NCBI GenBank assembly: GCA_051294375.1
Contig: CM119265.1
Span: 26,462,338-26,526,337 of the forward strand
DNA length: 64,000 bases
From: Paraspadella gotoi
Taxonomy: Eukaryota; Animalia; Chaetognatha
Reading direction: 5' to 3'
The position numbers and the translations under genes are program-made. The notes under the pieces were generated by a model, which was given only the letters and a program-made list of their open reading frames with translations, did no database searches and was not told where the DNA came from. This document shows positions 1-13,986 of the stretch, piece by piece. Position 1 is the first letter of the stretch, and every line of letters begins with the position of its first letter.

Positions 1-735
1 CCTTTTCCCTCTCTTTCCTCATACCTATTTTCTCTGTTCTCTCCTCTCCCTTCCTTTCTTCCCCCCTCCAGAATCTTCCTCACTTCATTTTTCTTCATTC
101 TTCATTTTCCAAATTCTCTTCATTTTCACAAAGTTCACTTCATTTGTTTGACTCATTTTTTCATTTCCTTCTTCCTTCATTTTCGTGTCCGTGAGGTTTG
201 AGTCGTTTATTCCGCTTTCGTCATTCGTCGTCGCTTCTGACACCACACCCACCACCACCCCTACTCCCACCACCTCTACCCCCTCAACCCCAGTCGCCGC
301 CGCAGCCGCCACCGACGCCGCAGCCCCCGCCGCCGCCTCTGAAGCCGCCGCCATTTCTAAATCATCTTCGTCCTCGCATTCGTCATCTTCTTTCTCAACA
401 TTCGTCTTCGCTCGGTTTCCTTTTCTTTTCTCCCTTTCCTTTCCTTCCTTTTCCTCGCTTTTCCTTTTCTTTCCTTTCCTTTCCTTTCCTTTCCTTACCT
501 TTTCCTCTTTTTCCGTTTCTTTCCTTTCCTGTCCTTACCTTTTCCTCTCTTTCCTTTTCCTCCTTTAACTTTTTTTCTTTTCCTCATATTTCCTTTCCTT
601 TTCCTCTCTTTAGTTTTCCTCTCTTCCCCTTTCTTCCCACTTCTCCTCTCCTCCTCTTCCTCCTCCTCCTCCTCCCCCTCCTCCTTCCTCTCCGCCTTTG
701 ATGGAATTTTCGTTGACTGGGTCGACGGCTTTGTG

Positions 736-823
<88 letters not shown>

Positions 824-1929
824 TTTACTCTCTTTTACTCTCTTCAAAATGGCGAGAGGGCCGTCGGCCCCGAACGTAACAACGCATATTAATTTCGTTA
901 TAGACGAAAAAAAATGTCGGCCGGTCCTTTGGTCGGTCTGTCGGTCAGTCTGTCTTTCCTTCAGTTTTACGATCAGTCTGTCGGTCAGTCTGTATATCGA
1001 TGAGCCCGAAGGAACGAGCTAAGGGAAGAGCCTGGAGATGGAAACGGAGGAACGAGAACGGGAACGGAATATGAAGAATGTAACGAAGAAGATATGAACG
1101 AACGAAACGAAACGAACAAAAAGTCGAATGAACGAACGAACGAACGAGAAGAACGACGAACCGAACGAAAAACGAACGAAAAGACTGAAAACGAACAGAA
1201 GAACGGAACTAGAAAGAACAACGAAAGGAACGAAGGACGAAATTAACGAAGGAATGAAACCTAACGATTGATGTATTCGGATACCAAAACCAAAAGAACC
1301 GGGCGAATAAAGCCAAATGATTCAGAAACAATATTGAAAAGAACGACGCCGCTGGATGCGCCGCAGCCGCCGCCAGCCCGCTCGCCCGTCCGCCCGCCGC
1401 AGAACCCCTGCGGGCACCAGAGTGCGAATTAATTGGAAAACAAACAAAACCGATAAAGTATCTGAAGGCGACGTTGATGGCCTTAAAATCCATCAATTCG
1501 GAAAAGTTTTTTTTTTAAATTGAAGTAAACTTTTTATTTTTTAAATTTTTTAAAAATCTATTTGAAGATTGAGTGAATTTTTGTTTTGAAGAGAAAAAAA
1601 TGCTTTTTTTTTTAAATCCGCATATTGAAAAAAAAAGAGTTTTTTATGATGTTTTAGAAGGTCAGGTTTAAGTATGAAGCCTTTATTCTTTTATTGGTTT
1701 TGAAGTAATTATTTTTATCTTTTAATTTCAAAGTATATTTAGAGAAATAGCACTATTAAATGAATCTAAGAACTCTGACAAAATCCTAAATTTCTGTCAA
1801 AAAAATTTTTCAAATCTATAATTTCAAACGGATATCAACTTAATGATAATATTTTTTTAATATTCTGAACGTCATTCTCATAATATTCTCGTATTTAATT
1901 TTAAACAAAAACATGGAAATTCACTGATG

Positions 1930-2005
1930 CACTAATCTATATCACTAATCTATATCACTAATCTATATCACTAATCTATATCACTAATCTATATCACTAA
2001 TCTAT
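1930..2005. repeat. 13-bp tandem repeat (CACTAATCTATAT), about 6 copies
   Basis: Near-perfect tandem copies visible directly. Confidence 0.9.
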
Positions 2006-4256
2006 TTCACGATGACCGACTGACTTCTTGTCAGAAGGAACTAAAAAGGCAGAAGGAACCCTGAGAGGGGATAAAGGAGAAAAGGCGGGGGAGAGGCTGA
2101 GATTAGGGTCTGGACTGTCCACATTGAAGGCTGTGGAATGTGGATTGTGGAAGGGGGTCGGAAAAGAAGAAAAAGTTGAAATGACCCGAGAAGTTTTTTT
2201 TCTTTTTTCTTTTTCCTTCTTTTCTTCTTTTGCTCTCATCTTTTTTGGTTTGACGATGGAGTTGAATGAAAAGAAGATCAAAATGGCCGACCACGATGAG
2301 GAGGAGGAGGAGGAGGAGGAAGAGGAGGAGGAAGACGATCGAGGAAATGATAAATATGACGACGAGATCTTCAACTTCCAAACTGCATTAATCTTCTTGT
2401 GTTTTATTTTTTAGGGCAACAACAACAACAACAACAACAAAACAGGAAAACAAAATGACGGACTTTGTTTTCGAAAAAGGGATTTGTTGGGATGAAAAAA
2501 AAAGAAGGAAAAAAAACGAAGAATAATAAATTGTATGAATGGGTGACTGAGCAGTTTGATAGTGAGAGGGTTAGTCAATGAATACGTGTGTGGTGTAGAG
2601 ATTGGGTGAGTGAATTGGAGAGTGAATGGGAAAGTGAATGGGAAAGTTAATGGGAAAGTGAATGGGAGAAGGACTGGAAGATTGAATGGGAAAGTGAATG
2701 GGAAAGTAAATGGGAAAGTGAATAAGTAAGAAAGATATTCTGGAAACTTGGCCCGAGTATGGATTCTCTTTTTCTTATTGGAATAAGAGTCTTTTGTTTG
2801 TTGACATCAAAACGAAGAAAGGATGAAATTGTTCGTTGGTCAGAAGAATTGGAAAATAAGGCTAGAAAGACGACGACGACGACGACGACGACGACGACTA
2901 CCACGACGAGAATGATTAAGATTAATCCCTGTTTGCAGACGTAAGTCAACCTTTTCCTTTCCGGTCAATTTTTAAAGGAAACACTATCAACAATATAATT
3001 AATATTAATAAACAATATTATTAATAATAATTAATAATTATAATTATAATTATAATAATTATAATTAATCATAAAAAAAGTAATCATAAAGGTCGTTCTC
3101 GTTGTCGTTGTCATTATCATCATCAATCATCATCATCAACATCAACATCATCATCATCACAATCATCATCATCATCAATAATCATCATCATCACCATCAT
3201 CATCATCAACATCATCAATCATCATCATCATCATCATCAATAATCATTAACATTATCATTATCANNNNNNNNNNNNNNNNNNNNNNNNNNNNNNNNNNNN
3301 NNNNNNNNNNNNNNNNNNNNNNNNNNNNNNNNNNNNNNNNNNNNNNNNNNNNNNNNNNNNNNNNNNNNNNNNNNNNNNNNNNNNNNNNNNNNNNNNNNNN
3401 NNNNNNNNNNNNNNNNNNNNNNNNNNNNNNNNNNNNNNNNNNNNNNNNNNNNNNNNNNNNNNNNNNNNNNNNNNNNNNNNNNNNNNNNNNNNNNNNNNNN
3501 NNNNNNNNNNNNNNNNNNNNNNNNNNNNNNNNNNNNNNNNNNNNNNNNNNNNNNNNNNNNNNNNNNNNNNNNNNNNNNNNNNNNNNNNNNNNNNNNNNNN
3601 NNNNNNNNNNNNNNNNNNNNNNNNNNNNNNNNNNNNNNNNNNNNNNNNNNNNNNNNNNNNNNNNNNNNNNNNNNNNNNNNNNNNNNNNNNNNNNNNNNNN
3701 NNNNNNNNNNNNNNNNNNNNNNNNNNNNNNNNNNNNNNNNNNNNNNNNNNNNNNNNNNNNNNNNNGAATGGTCGGGTGTGGAAATATGAAGCGGTTCGGT
3801 GATTTCGCTGTTCATATTTTTTTGATGGGAATCCATGAGACGCAACGAAGCGACGAGTTAAGGCTCTCTTTTTCAAAAGAGCCCCGTTTTCGTTTCTTAA
3901 TCCATGGACTTGATTTTAATACAAATGTTTGATACTAATCTACTAACAAACACATATCCCAATCCCTAACCCGAATTCTTAACCAGAATCTTTAACCGTA
4001 ACTTAATCCTTCATTCTCATCAATCACTTAATCCCTAAAATTTATTTCATTTCGAAATTTAAGATGAAAAGGGCCGTTTCGGAAAAATAAGGCCCAAGTA
4101 AGGAGGGAACGAAATTTAAAATTTGTGGTGAGAGAAAATTTTCAAGTTCAGAGGAAATTAAAAAAATATTAATGCGAAATTGAGAAAAGGACGGGAAGGC
4201 AAAGAGCGTTACTATTTTAAGAGTCAACTTTAGTTTAGCCTATTACCATTTCTTCT

Positions 4257-4519
4257 ATGAAATTCGTACAACCAATATAAAAATTATCCATTCATGTAAT
4301 AAATAAACTATGTTGCCCCTGACTTTGGACAGGCTTTGGTGGTTCAAGGCTTTCATCACTCTTACGAGATCATGACATAGCAGGTCCAAGCTTTCAATTA
4401 TTTTAAAATTTTAAAGTTTAGACGTTACTACCGTACTACCGAAGGATGTTGATAACTAAAAACAATTCTGATCTATTTTTATCGAGCCTTGACCGGCGAA
4501 GCCGGGTCAGGCTGCTAAT
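4257..4519 (+). mobile_element. Dispersed repeat ending in a Helitron-like 3' hairpin
   Basis: 4260-4398 is similar to about 27620-27765 and its duplicate at about 42608-42750; a fragment lies inverted at about 26901-26941. A GC-rich hairpin AGCCTTGACCGGC-GAA-GCCGGGTCAGGCT (4485-4513) is followed by GCTAAT, resembling the Helitron hairpin + CTRR end. Confidence 0.45.
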
Positions 4520-4553
4520 AAAATGTATTTAGGGTTGCTATCTTTGTGACGTA

Positions 4554-4586
<33 letters not shown>

Positions 4587-6166
4587 ACGCTGTTTTCATA
4601 TATAAAAAACTACTACGCTTTTATAGGTTTGGCTGTGACTTACCGTTTTTTTTTAAATAAAAATTATTATGAATTATGATAAAGTTTACAAAAGTGTGCG
4701 ATCATAGTAAGGTTAAAAATTTAGATATGGCTTTTTATCTTGAAATAGCTGTGATATTTTCATATTACATTGGATTAAGTATTTTTTGTTTGAATTTCCA
4801 CTATTCATTATGAATTTACTGCAATATAGCAAATGAGATTAAAGTACTATTATAATATCCAAATTAGTATATAGAAATGCTTTAATCTAAATTACATATT
4901 GCAGTATAATAATATTATGAAGATGAAATTCAAAAAATTTAGTATAAATTTTTAATAAAAAATGGGAACTCAAAGGATTTTTTTAATGAGAAGCTATATC
5001 TTAATTTTAATACCAATATAAATTCAATCTTTTACAAAGCTTGGCGATTGGAAAAAAAATTGGAAAAAATTTCACAATTGTAAACAATTGTAACATATTT
5101 TTGCCTTTCTTTTATTTCTTAAAATTATTTTCTCTTTTAGAAAAAAAACGAGTTCAGTCTCTGCAGATACTGTACAGCGGCCCTTCCAGCAGCTGTCCAG
5201 CTTTGTTTCTCTTTTCCTGTTAGTCTCTCTCTGTGACTCTCTCTGTCTTTCTCTCCTCTCTCTTCTCCTCTCTCTCTCTGTGTACGATTTCTTGCGTGAT
5301 CGTTCGTTTTTTTAAAAATTTATGATTATTTTTTCGCTTCTAAAAACATTTATTATCACCATTTATCCTATTTTAACATCCAAGATTTTCGGGAATTTAT
5401 TTTAGAAAAAAGTGAAGAATAACTCATATGTCCAAGAAATTTTACGCTTCTCTCCATCTCTCTCACGTCGCTAACATGATTGTTATTAAAGAAAAAAATA
5501 TATAATAAGCAAATAGAATATTTAATACAGATTTACATTGCCAGAGGAAATCTTTTTATACTAGGTCCAATGTTGTTGTTTGTTGATCTCTATCTCTCTT
5601 TCTGTCTCTTTCTCTCTTTACGATCTCTTGCGTGATCGTTCGTTTTTTGATAAATTCTGATTATTTTTTTCCTTCTAAAACTTTTTATTATCGCCATTTA
5701 TTCCGCGCTTTTTTCTCTTTACCTGGATTTCTGGCCGTTGCGAGGCACCGAGTAACAATGTCAAGGAACATGACCTAGTAACGCTAACTGAGTATTTTTC
5801 AACTATTATATTATTGTTAATAGGGATATAATTTTTCAACGTACAAACAATTTCTTATATGGCTTCTTTTTCTCTCCTCTCTCTCTTTTCTCCCCTCTCT
5901 CTCTCTCTCTCTCTTCTCTCTTTTTTTTTTTTTCCCTTCTAAAACATTTTATTATCGCCATTTATCCCCGCTTTTTTCTCAATACAATATATAAAAATTA
6001 CTGATTATTCTTTATATAAAACGAGAGAGACCTAATAATGCGTTTCGTTGGCGGGAAAACTGTCCAGCCTCTCTCTTCTCTCTCTCTCTCTCTTCTCTGC
6101 TCTCTCAATCTCTCTCTCCTCTCTCTCTCTCTTCACTCATACACACAGCATTTGTTTGTTTAATTT

Positions 6167-6392
6167 ACGATGAATGATTCATACGCGTCAATGAATTACT
6201 ATCAATCGCATCAATGAAATGAACTATCATCGTATCAATGAATGATTATCATACATATCAATAAATGACATATCATAGCATCAATCATTTGATTATCATC
6301 ACATCAAGTCATTTTGTTATCATCGCATCAATATATTGGTTTATCATCGCGTCAATATTTGGTTATCATCGCATCAATATTTGGTTACTATC
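6167..6392. repeat. Degenerate ~20-22 bp minisatellite (TATCATCGCATCAAT core)
   Basis: Recurrent ATCATCGCATCAAT-like units. Confidence 0.7.
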
Positions 6393-6673
6393 GAAAGCGG
6401 TCGATCTTTATTCTTTTAAGATTTTTATTTAATGTAATGTAGTAGTAAGAGTCATAATTGCTCTTAAAAAGACACATTTTCTCTTCATCCCTAAAAATCC
6501 TGTCATTAGTTTACAAATAAAACATCATTAAAAAATGTCTGCACTCAAGAGCCAAGACTCCTTTCGCCAACAATGTTAATTAAATAGTGAATTTCCCTTT
6601 CTTGATTTTAAAGCGGTCGACGTATTGCTCGACTTAAGTCTTATTACACCTGTTATCACTCAGCAAATGGAAT

Positions 6674-6741
<68 letters not shown>

Positions 6742-7014
6742 AGAGAGCAAGAGGATAAACAGCTGGGTTCACCTTCCTGGGATCCGTTCCAATTAACCTT
6801 TTCCATTGGCCGCTCCTTCCTCCAAATAACGCTCCCCCCCCCTCGATCCGCCCCCTCGTTCCCCCCCCCTCTCTCCCTCCATCTCTCCCCCTTCTCATCT
6901 CTTTTTCTTCTTCTTTTCGATCCAACTTTATCTAAATCAACTCACTTTGCCTTTAATCTCCTTATTCCTTTTCATTATATCTCATTGTGATTAAACTTCT
7001 TTCGTTGTGTTTTA

Positions 7015-7169
7015 GATAATTGAAACTAAAGACAAAGTCTTGATACAGCAACGATTTATATTTATTGTACAGACAAGTTTCGGCTTTCATTCAGCCTTCA
7101 ATCATTGTCTGTACAATAAAAAATAAAAAATGTTGCTGTATCAAGACTTTGTCTTTAGTTTCAATTATC
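7015..7169. mobile_element. 155-bp hairpin / MITE-like inverted repeat
   Basis: GATAATTGAAACTAAAGACAAAGTCTTGATACAGCAAC (from 7015) is the exact reverse complement of the 38 bp ending at 7169; inner arms TTTATTGTACAGACAA / TTGTCTGTACAATAAA also pair. Confidence 0.65.
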
Positions 7170-7668
7170 ATTATATCTCATAAATTAATCTCTCTATTTC
7201 ATTCTGCACTTATTCTATTCAGTCTTCTTCTAGTTCTAATTGTCGTCTTAATCATCAATTTTGTTAATAGCTTCGTTTTAGGAATATATACATGATAGTC
7301 TAACTCACTGACTGATGACTCATGACTTCTACTCACCGAGCGTCCATCCAAATATTTTAGCTAAGTTTTTCTTCATCATTTAATTCATTCTTCCTTTCTG
7401 AAATCGTCCACCACCTCAAACCACCTTCACCCCTTTCCCCCCCCCTAGTTTCCCCCGAAGATCGTTGAAACCAAAGAGCGATGCTTTTGAGTAAAGTTCC
7501 TTCACCACACCGGGCCAACACTGAAGCCGCCGCCTGCCGCTGCCGCCTGCCGCTGCCGCCTGCCGTAGCCGACGCCGCCGCAGCCGCCGACGCCATTAGA
7601 GCCTCAAAAGAAAGTCTCTCGCAGCGGGAGAAGTTTCTGCCGATTTTTGCTCAGGCTCTCTCTCTCTG

Positions 7669-7803
<135 letters not shown>

Positions 7804-8314
7804 CTCTTTATCTCTCTCTCTCTGTATATATCTTTATATATATATCTTTATCTCTCTCTCTCTCGCTGTTTTGTTTTTCTGCTTCTTTTTTCTCTTCCTT
7901 TCCTTATATTCTCCTTCCTATCTTCTTTTATTTTTCTATAACTCTTTCATTTAATATTTTCCTTATCCTTTTATCTTTTGTCTCTTTTTCTTTCCTCCTT
8001 TTTTTTCTCTCCACATTTTATTTTATCTTCCTCTTCCTCTTCTTCCCTCTTTCTTTTCTTTCCTTTTCCTTCATTTCTTTTCGCTTCTTCCAACTCACGA
8101 TTCCATCTTCTCTATTTATCCATTTTCTCCCTTTTTTTCTTTTTTTTTCCCATTTTCTCCATTTTCTCCCTGTTTTCTCCATTTCCATTTCTGCATCCGG
8201 TCGAATTTCCGCCCGCATTTTTCTTCTTCCGGTAAAAGCGTCCGGTTCATTCGGCCATTTTTTTCCTCCGACGGAAAAACGGATTTTCTTTTCTCGATTT
8301 CGAGAGCGAATGAA

Positions 8315-8508
8315 ATGAGGAGATATGAACTGAGGGGATATGAACTGAGGGGATATGAACTGAGGGGATATGAACTGAGGGGATATGAAATGAGGAGATA
8401 TGAACTGAGGGGATATGAACTGAGGGGATATAAAATGAGGAGATATGACCTGAGGAGATATGAAATGAAGAGATATAAAATGAGGAGATATGAACTGAGG
8501 AGATATGA
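8315..8508. repeat. 15-bp minisatellite (ATGAACTGAGGGGAT), about 13 copies
   Basis: Tandem array; explains the RGYEL-repeat ORF. Confidence 0.92.
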
Positions 8509-9357
8509 AGGAAAGTGATCCCGAGTTTATTAGACGGGATAAGGGATGGGGAAAAAGATTTTGTAACTTGTATGGAGCACGTGACTTCTTGTTTTATATC
8601 GGTTTATTTTATTTTTTTATTTTTGAATAAAATAAAAATATTTTAACGAAATTTAAATTTTTTTTTCTTATTTCAGAACAAAGAAATAAAGAAACGAAAG
8701 GAAAATCTCTCCATTATCCAAGTACGATTTAAGTTGAAGGTCTTCAAGGTAGAGGAATCGAGAAAAATAAAAAAAGCCTCGTGAAATTAAGGGTCATGAA
8801 ATGAAAGACGTGTCACAAGGCGACGAATATGAGAATATGGGGCATATGAGACACTATTGGCCACAAGGATATGTGGAGCAAGAGAACAAGAGGCAAAAAA
8901 AAAAGAAAATTGGAAGATCAGGTGGAAAAAGATTTCGAGTTTGACATCGAATTCAATTTAATGGTTTCTGGAGGAATTTGGTGCAAATATGGTGCAAATA
9001 TGGTGAAAATATGGTGCAAATATGTGCATACGTCAGAGGCAGTAGGTCGACTGAGAAAAAAAGGGTTTGGTCGGTTATTGGGGCAAAGATTCCTCTGGAA
9101 AAAAAATTAATTAATTAATTAATTAACTAATTAATTAATTTTTGAAAAAAGTTTGACGTAAATTCAAGTTTTTAACTTTTTGAGAATAAATGATTAAATG
9201 TGCGAATTAATCTTTTCAAACTCTTTTACAATTTAGATTTTACATTAAGAGAATCACGAATTTGGTAAAGAAACTTTTTTTGTATTGGAAAGAGAATTAT
9301 TCACTCGAGTTGATAAATCGTTTTTGTGTCGAAGAATCCATTCAATTTATTTGTTGC

Positions 9358-9479
<122 letters not shown>

Positions 9480-10021
9480 ATATCCATGTTCTTTTCATAT
9501 TCGGCTTTTTTTGATTGATGACTTCAAAAAGGCTACGCGTTCAACCATTAAGTTCATGAGCTCATGTTTTTCCTCTTTTAATCTTCCTCATTTTTTAAGG
9601 ACTCAACTTTCAACAACGAATTGGGGACCAGTTTAGTTTTAATCATTTACCAATATTACAATCTCTGAGTCCATATGCAAAATATTTATAAAAAAAAGCC
9701 ACCTGAGTAAAAACACTAAAGTCCACTAAAATTATTAAATTTTTTTTAGAACTATAAATGACATGAGTAATTTCATTTCGTCGGTATAAAAAATAAAAAG
9801 ACATGATTTCAACTTTCGCCTTTCCCTCATGACATGACATGATTTCAATGACATGACTTGACATGATTTCAACTTTCGCTTTTCGCTCATTTATTTTCTT
9901 TTCAATAGTTAAAAAAACGAATAAACATCAATCCTTTATTCTTCAATTAAAATTTCGAATAAAAAAACAATTCATGATAAAAAGCATCTAAAAAAAAAGG
10001 AAATCCACATTTTTTTCATAT

Positions 10022-10102
10022 TCAGCAAATATTTTCGTTCATGCATTTGGTTCTCCATTCGGCCATCGTGAAACTTGGACTCATTCTGTGATTCGATCTC
10101 AC
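10022..10102 (-). CDS. Cys-repeat/FAM166-motif gene, terminal exon (VRSNHRMSPSFTMAEWRTKCMNENIC*)
   Basis: Acceptor tttttctccaaag; phase 0 matches the preceding exon; 27 codons ending in TGA. Confidence 0.55.
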   Translation of the reverse strand: MRSNHRMSPSFTMAEWRTKCMNENIC

Positions 10103-10409
10103 CTTTGGAGAAAAACAATTGTGAAATGAGATCGATCGTCGTAGGAGATGATTATTAAATGAGAAGAATTTTTTCAATCTCATTTACATATTGTAGTATT
10201 TAACCTAAATGAGTTCATATTCATTTTATGGTTTAACTGTATTTGTTGAACACATTGGTATTTAGGCACTTCTATATCGTTTTCGAAAAAAACAACATCA
10301 CTTTCTTATTAAACAACTAATTTAGACAAACTTGACTAAAAATTAAGATTTTTTTTATCATTTCGTCAAAATAAATCAATAAAGCAAACTCGTTCCAAAT
10401 TTCACTCAC

Positions 10410-10491
10410 GTGTCTCAACGCTTCCCCAGTCTCTCGTCCAATCGTCTTCCCGAATTTGCAAATGATCTCCCCTGGGACGTGACCGCCGTAG
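10410..10491 (-). CDS. Cys-repeat/FAM166-motif gene exon ((N)YGGHVPGEIICKFGKTIGRETGEALRH)
   Basis: cag acceptor, gtgagt donor, phase 2 to 0; peptide resembles the Y-x-G-[HYF]-[VI]-P...FG-x-T-[YF]-G motif of FAM166/CIMIP2 proteins. Confidence 0.72.
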
Positions 10492-10725
10492 CTGCCCGGG
10501 GTAATTGCAAGGGTAAGTGCAAAGGTAAGTGCAAAGGGAAAAATAGGATTTGGTCAAGTCTTTGTGGGTTCGAATGTCAAATTTTTCATGAAGAAAAAAA
10601 GGTAATCTCACAACGAGGTTATCACCTCCCAGAATCAGTGATCACTATACGACTTATCAAAGTAAGTTACTCCATCGACTTACCCGAATTACTCACCTCC
10701 CGAGGCCCAACAGTACCGACCCAGT

Positions 10726-10813
<88 letters not shown>

Positions 10814-11846
10814 CCTCAAACTAACTCGATTCTCTCTGGCACGAAACTTTTCCGGACGCGGAACTACTTCCTCACTTTTCTTTTCTCTCTTTTTTCCTCT
10901 CTTTAACTCTCTTTTCCTCTAAATTTCTCTCTTTTTATTTCTTTTCTTTTCCCTTCTTCCTTTTTGTTCCTTTCTTTTTTTCGCTCTTTGCTTTTCTTAT
11001 TTTTTCTTTTCCTCTCTGTTACTTCTTTTTCTTTTCTTTTCCTTTCCCTCTTCCTTTCTGTTCCTTTCTTTCCCTCTCTTTTCTTATCTTTTCTTATCTT
11101 TTTTTCTCATTTTTCTTATGTTACTCTCTTTTCCTTTTTTATCTTTCTTTCCCTCTCTTTTCTTATCTTTTCCTCTTATTCTTTCTCATTTCCTCTCTTT
11201 TACTTTCCTTTCTAATCTTTTCCTCTCTTTATTTATTATTTTCTCCATTTTTCTGTCTTTCCATCTATTTTCCTCTCTACTTTTCATTTCTTTCCTTCTT
11301 TTCTTTTTTCCTCTCTTTTCTTCTCTTTCTTCTTTTTCAAATGTTTTTACCTTTTCGCACTTTCTCTCTCTCTCTCGGTTTCTCCAGGGAGAAAAACGCT
11401 TTTAGTTTTTGATCATAATAAAGTGGAACTCAAAAAAGCGAGGAAATAAGGAAAGAATTAAGGGAGGAAAATAAAAGGAAAAAGAAGGTGCTGTGTGGAA
11501 AGGAAGGTAAATAAGAAAAATGGGTAAAGAAAAAAAAATAGTTACATAAAGAAACAAACAAACTGAAATTGATTAGTTAATATTTGAAAGTAAAATATCT
11601 TAAATATGCGTATATAGATTTTAATAGTACCTAAAAAAGAAAACTAATCTTGTTAATATCATAACTATCATAAGTAAAATAGTCTTGTAATTTTTAATAA
11701 CTTTTTCTAGAAAATAATACAGTCGTCTNNNNNNNNNNNNNNNNNNNNNNNNNNNNNNNNNNNNNNTGCTTCGATTCCCGATCTCGATGATGGCCGTCGG
11801 ACAATCGGGCGGACAGTGCGGACGATGCCTGTCCGTCCGTCCGTAC

Positions 11847-11990
11847 TTTTGTCCCTCCGGCCCGAACTGATAGTGGGCGGCCCAGTGTCCCTCGGAGGTG
11901 CCGTCTCTGTACTGGACCCATTTGCAACACGGGTCGTAGGTTCGATCGACGGCCGATCCGGGTTTCTCCGGTTGGTAGCCGCATTTGACT
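11847..11990 (-). CDS. Cys-repeat/FAM166-motif gene exon ((R)VKCGYQPEKPGSAVDRTYDPCCKWVQYRDGTSEGHWAAHYQFGPEGQ)
   Basis: GC-rich island; cag acceptor, gtacgg donor; phase 2 to 2, compatible with both neighbours. Confidence 0.68.
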
Positions 11991-12173
11991 CTGTCCCGCA
12001 AAAATAGGTCAAATTAATATTTACTAATTACTATGACCACTACTATTATTAATTATACGTAAAATGTCAATTATCAATAAAGCACTTTTGGATGAATACA
12101 TATTATGCTCACAAATTATTTAAAGCGGACGTGACGAGCTCTCTCTCTCTCAATCTCTCTCTCTTCTCTCCTC

Positions 12174-12213
<40 letters not shown>

Positions 12214-12294
12214 CTCTCTCTTCTCTCATTCTTCTTTCTCTTTCCCCTAAAGACGAAAAAAAGCGAATTTTCGCCTAAAGAGATGATCTCTCCT

Positions 12295-12373
<79 letters not shown>

Positions 12374-12825
12374 CTCTCTCTTTCTCTCTCCGACTCAACG
12401 ATGAAAAACGACTTCGATAAAGACGCGTCCTTGGCGAATCACAACAACAACAACAACAACAAAACGACAACCACCGTCCCTCCCCCCCCCCAACACCGCG
12501 TCGTCGCCACCAGAGATGAAGAAGCTAATGTATAACCTGACAAGGAAAATGGCCGAAAAATGATGACCGACATAAAATATGTTATTTCCACTTCTCTTTT
12601 AAGGCCGCTTTGAGGATTAGGCAACGTCGATGCCACGCAATGTACCTTTTTTCGAGGCTGTTTTTTTTGGTTTTGTTTTGTTATGTTTTGGTGTTTGTTT
12701 TTGGGCTGGTTTAATAAATATTTACATTTATTCTATTTTTTATTTTTTTAAATTTAAATTTTTTAAATTTGTAAATTTTAATTCTTAATTTTTTAATTTT
12801 TATTAATTTGTAAATTTTTAATTTT

Positions 12826-12990
12826 TAAATAATTAATTTTTAAAATTTTTAACTCTAAAATTGTAATTTTTAATTTTTAATTTTTAAATAATTAATTTTT
12901 AAAATTTTTAACTCTAAAATTGTAAGTTTTTTATTTTTAATTTTTAAATAATTAATTTTTAAAATTTTTAACTCTAAAATTGTAAGTTTT
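12826..12990. repeat. AT-rich ~59-bp tandem repeat, about 3 copies
   Basis: TAAATAATTAATTTTTAAAATTTTTAACTCTAAAATTGTAA recurs three times. Confidence 0.75.
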
Positions 12991-13197
12991 TTTAATTTTT
13001 AAATTTTTATTTTTTAAAATTTTTAATTTTCAAAATTTTAAAATTTAATTTTTTTTTAATTTTAAAATTTTTTATTTTTTTAATTTTTTTTATTTTTAGA
13101 ATTTTTAATTTTTTAATTTTTTTTAATCTTTTAATTTTTATAATGAGAACGCTTGTTATCAGAATCGACAAGAATAACGAAGTGGACCAATTCCCAC

Positions 13198-13267
13198 CTG
13201 TAATCTTCTCCTTGGCAATAAGGGTCGATGGCTCCCATTCCTTTCGGGAGGCAGAAACTGCGTCTCT
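13198..13267 (-). CDS. Cys-repeat/FAM166-motif gene exon ((E)RRSFCLPKGMGAIDPYCQGEDY)
   Basis: Strong acceptor ttttctcctattctcacag; AG|gtggga donor; phase 1 to 2 links the repeat exon to the next exon. Confidence 0.7.
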
Positions 13268-13563
13268 CTGTGAGAATAGGAGAAAAAAATGATCTCTCTC
13301 TCTCCCCCTGTCTCCCTCTCTCTCCCTCCTCTCACTCTCTTTCTCTCTCTCTCTCCCTTCTCTTTCTCTCTCTCTTTTCTCTCCTCTCTCTCTCTCTCCC
13401 CCCCTCTCTCTCTCTCCCCTTCTCTCTCTCCATCTCTCTTTCTCCTCTTTCTTTCTCTCTCTCTTTTCTCTCTATTCTCTCTTTCTCTCTCTCCTCCCTC
13501 TCTCTCTCCCTCTCCCTCTATCTCTCTCTCTCTCTCTCCCTCTCCCTTCTATATATCTCTCTC

Positions 13564-13614
<51 letters not shown>

Positions 13615-13844
13615 TTTTTTTCTCCTCTCTCTCTCTCTCCCTCTCCCTCTCTCTCTCCCTCTCTCTCCCACAACCTCTATGATGCCCCTTCTTTCCTAAT
13701 TGGCGCATTACGTCTTCAGGCAAGAAAATGACGTTGTAACAGGCGTTCGAAGGTTTGGACGGGCATGCGGGCTGCTGTAAGAGGGACGTTGATGTTGTAA
13801 GAGGTGTGAGCGATGTAGTTGGAGAAGTGAGTGAGAGAGGAGAA

Positions 13845-13986
13845 GAGATAGGAGGTGATAGGGCACAGAGAGAGGAGGTGATAAGGCGTTGTGTTGAGAT
13901 AGGAGGTGATAGGGGACAGAGAGAGGAGGTGATAAGGCGTTGTGTTGAGATAGGAGGTGATAGGGCACAGAGAGAGGAGGTGATAA
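13845..13986. repeat. 51-bp tandem repeat, about 2.8 copies (intronic)
   Basis: GAGATAGGAGGTGATAGGGCACAGAGAGAGGAGGTGATAAGGCGTTGTGTT repeated. Confidence 0.85.

Noticed and set aside
8315-8518. RGYEL pentapeptide-repeat protein
   Set aside because: A 15-bp minisatellite is open by chance; no splice or other coding support.
12439-12537. Extra exon of the Cys-repeat gene after acceptor tttccttgtcag
   Set aside because: It runs into poly-G and (TTG)n with no convincing donor, and the flanking exons already join in phase.
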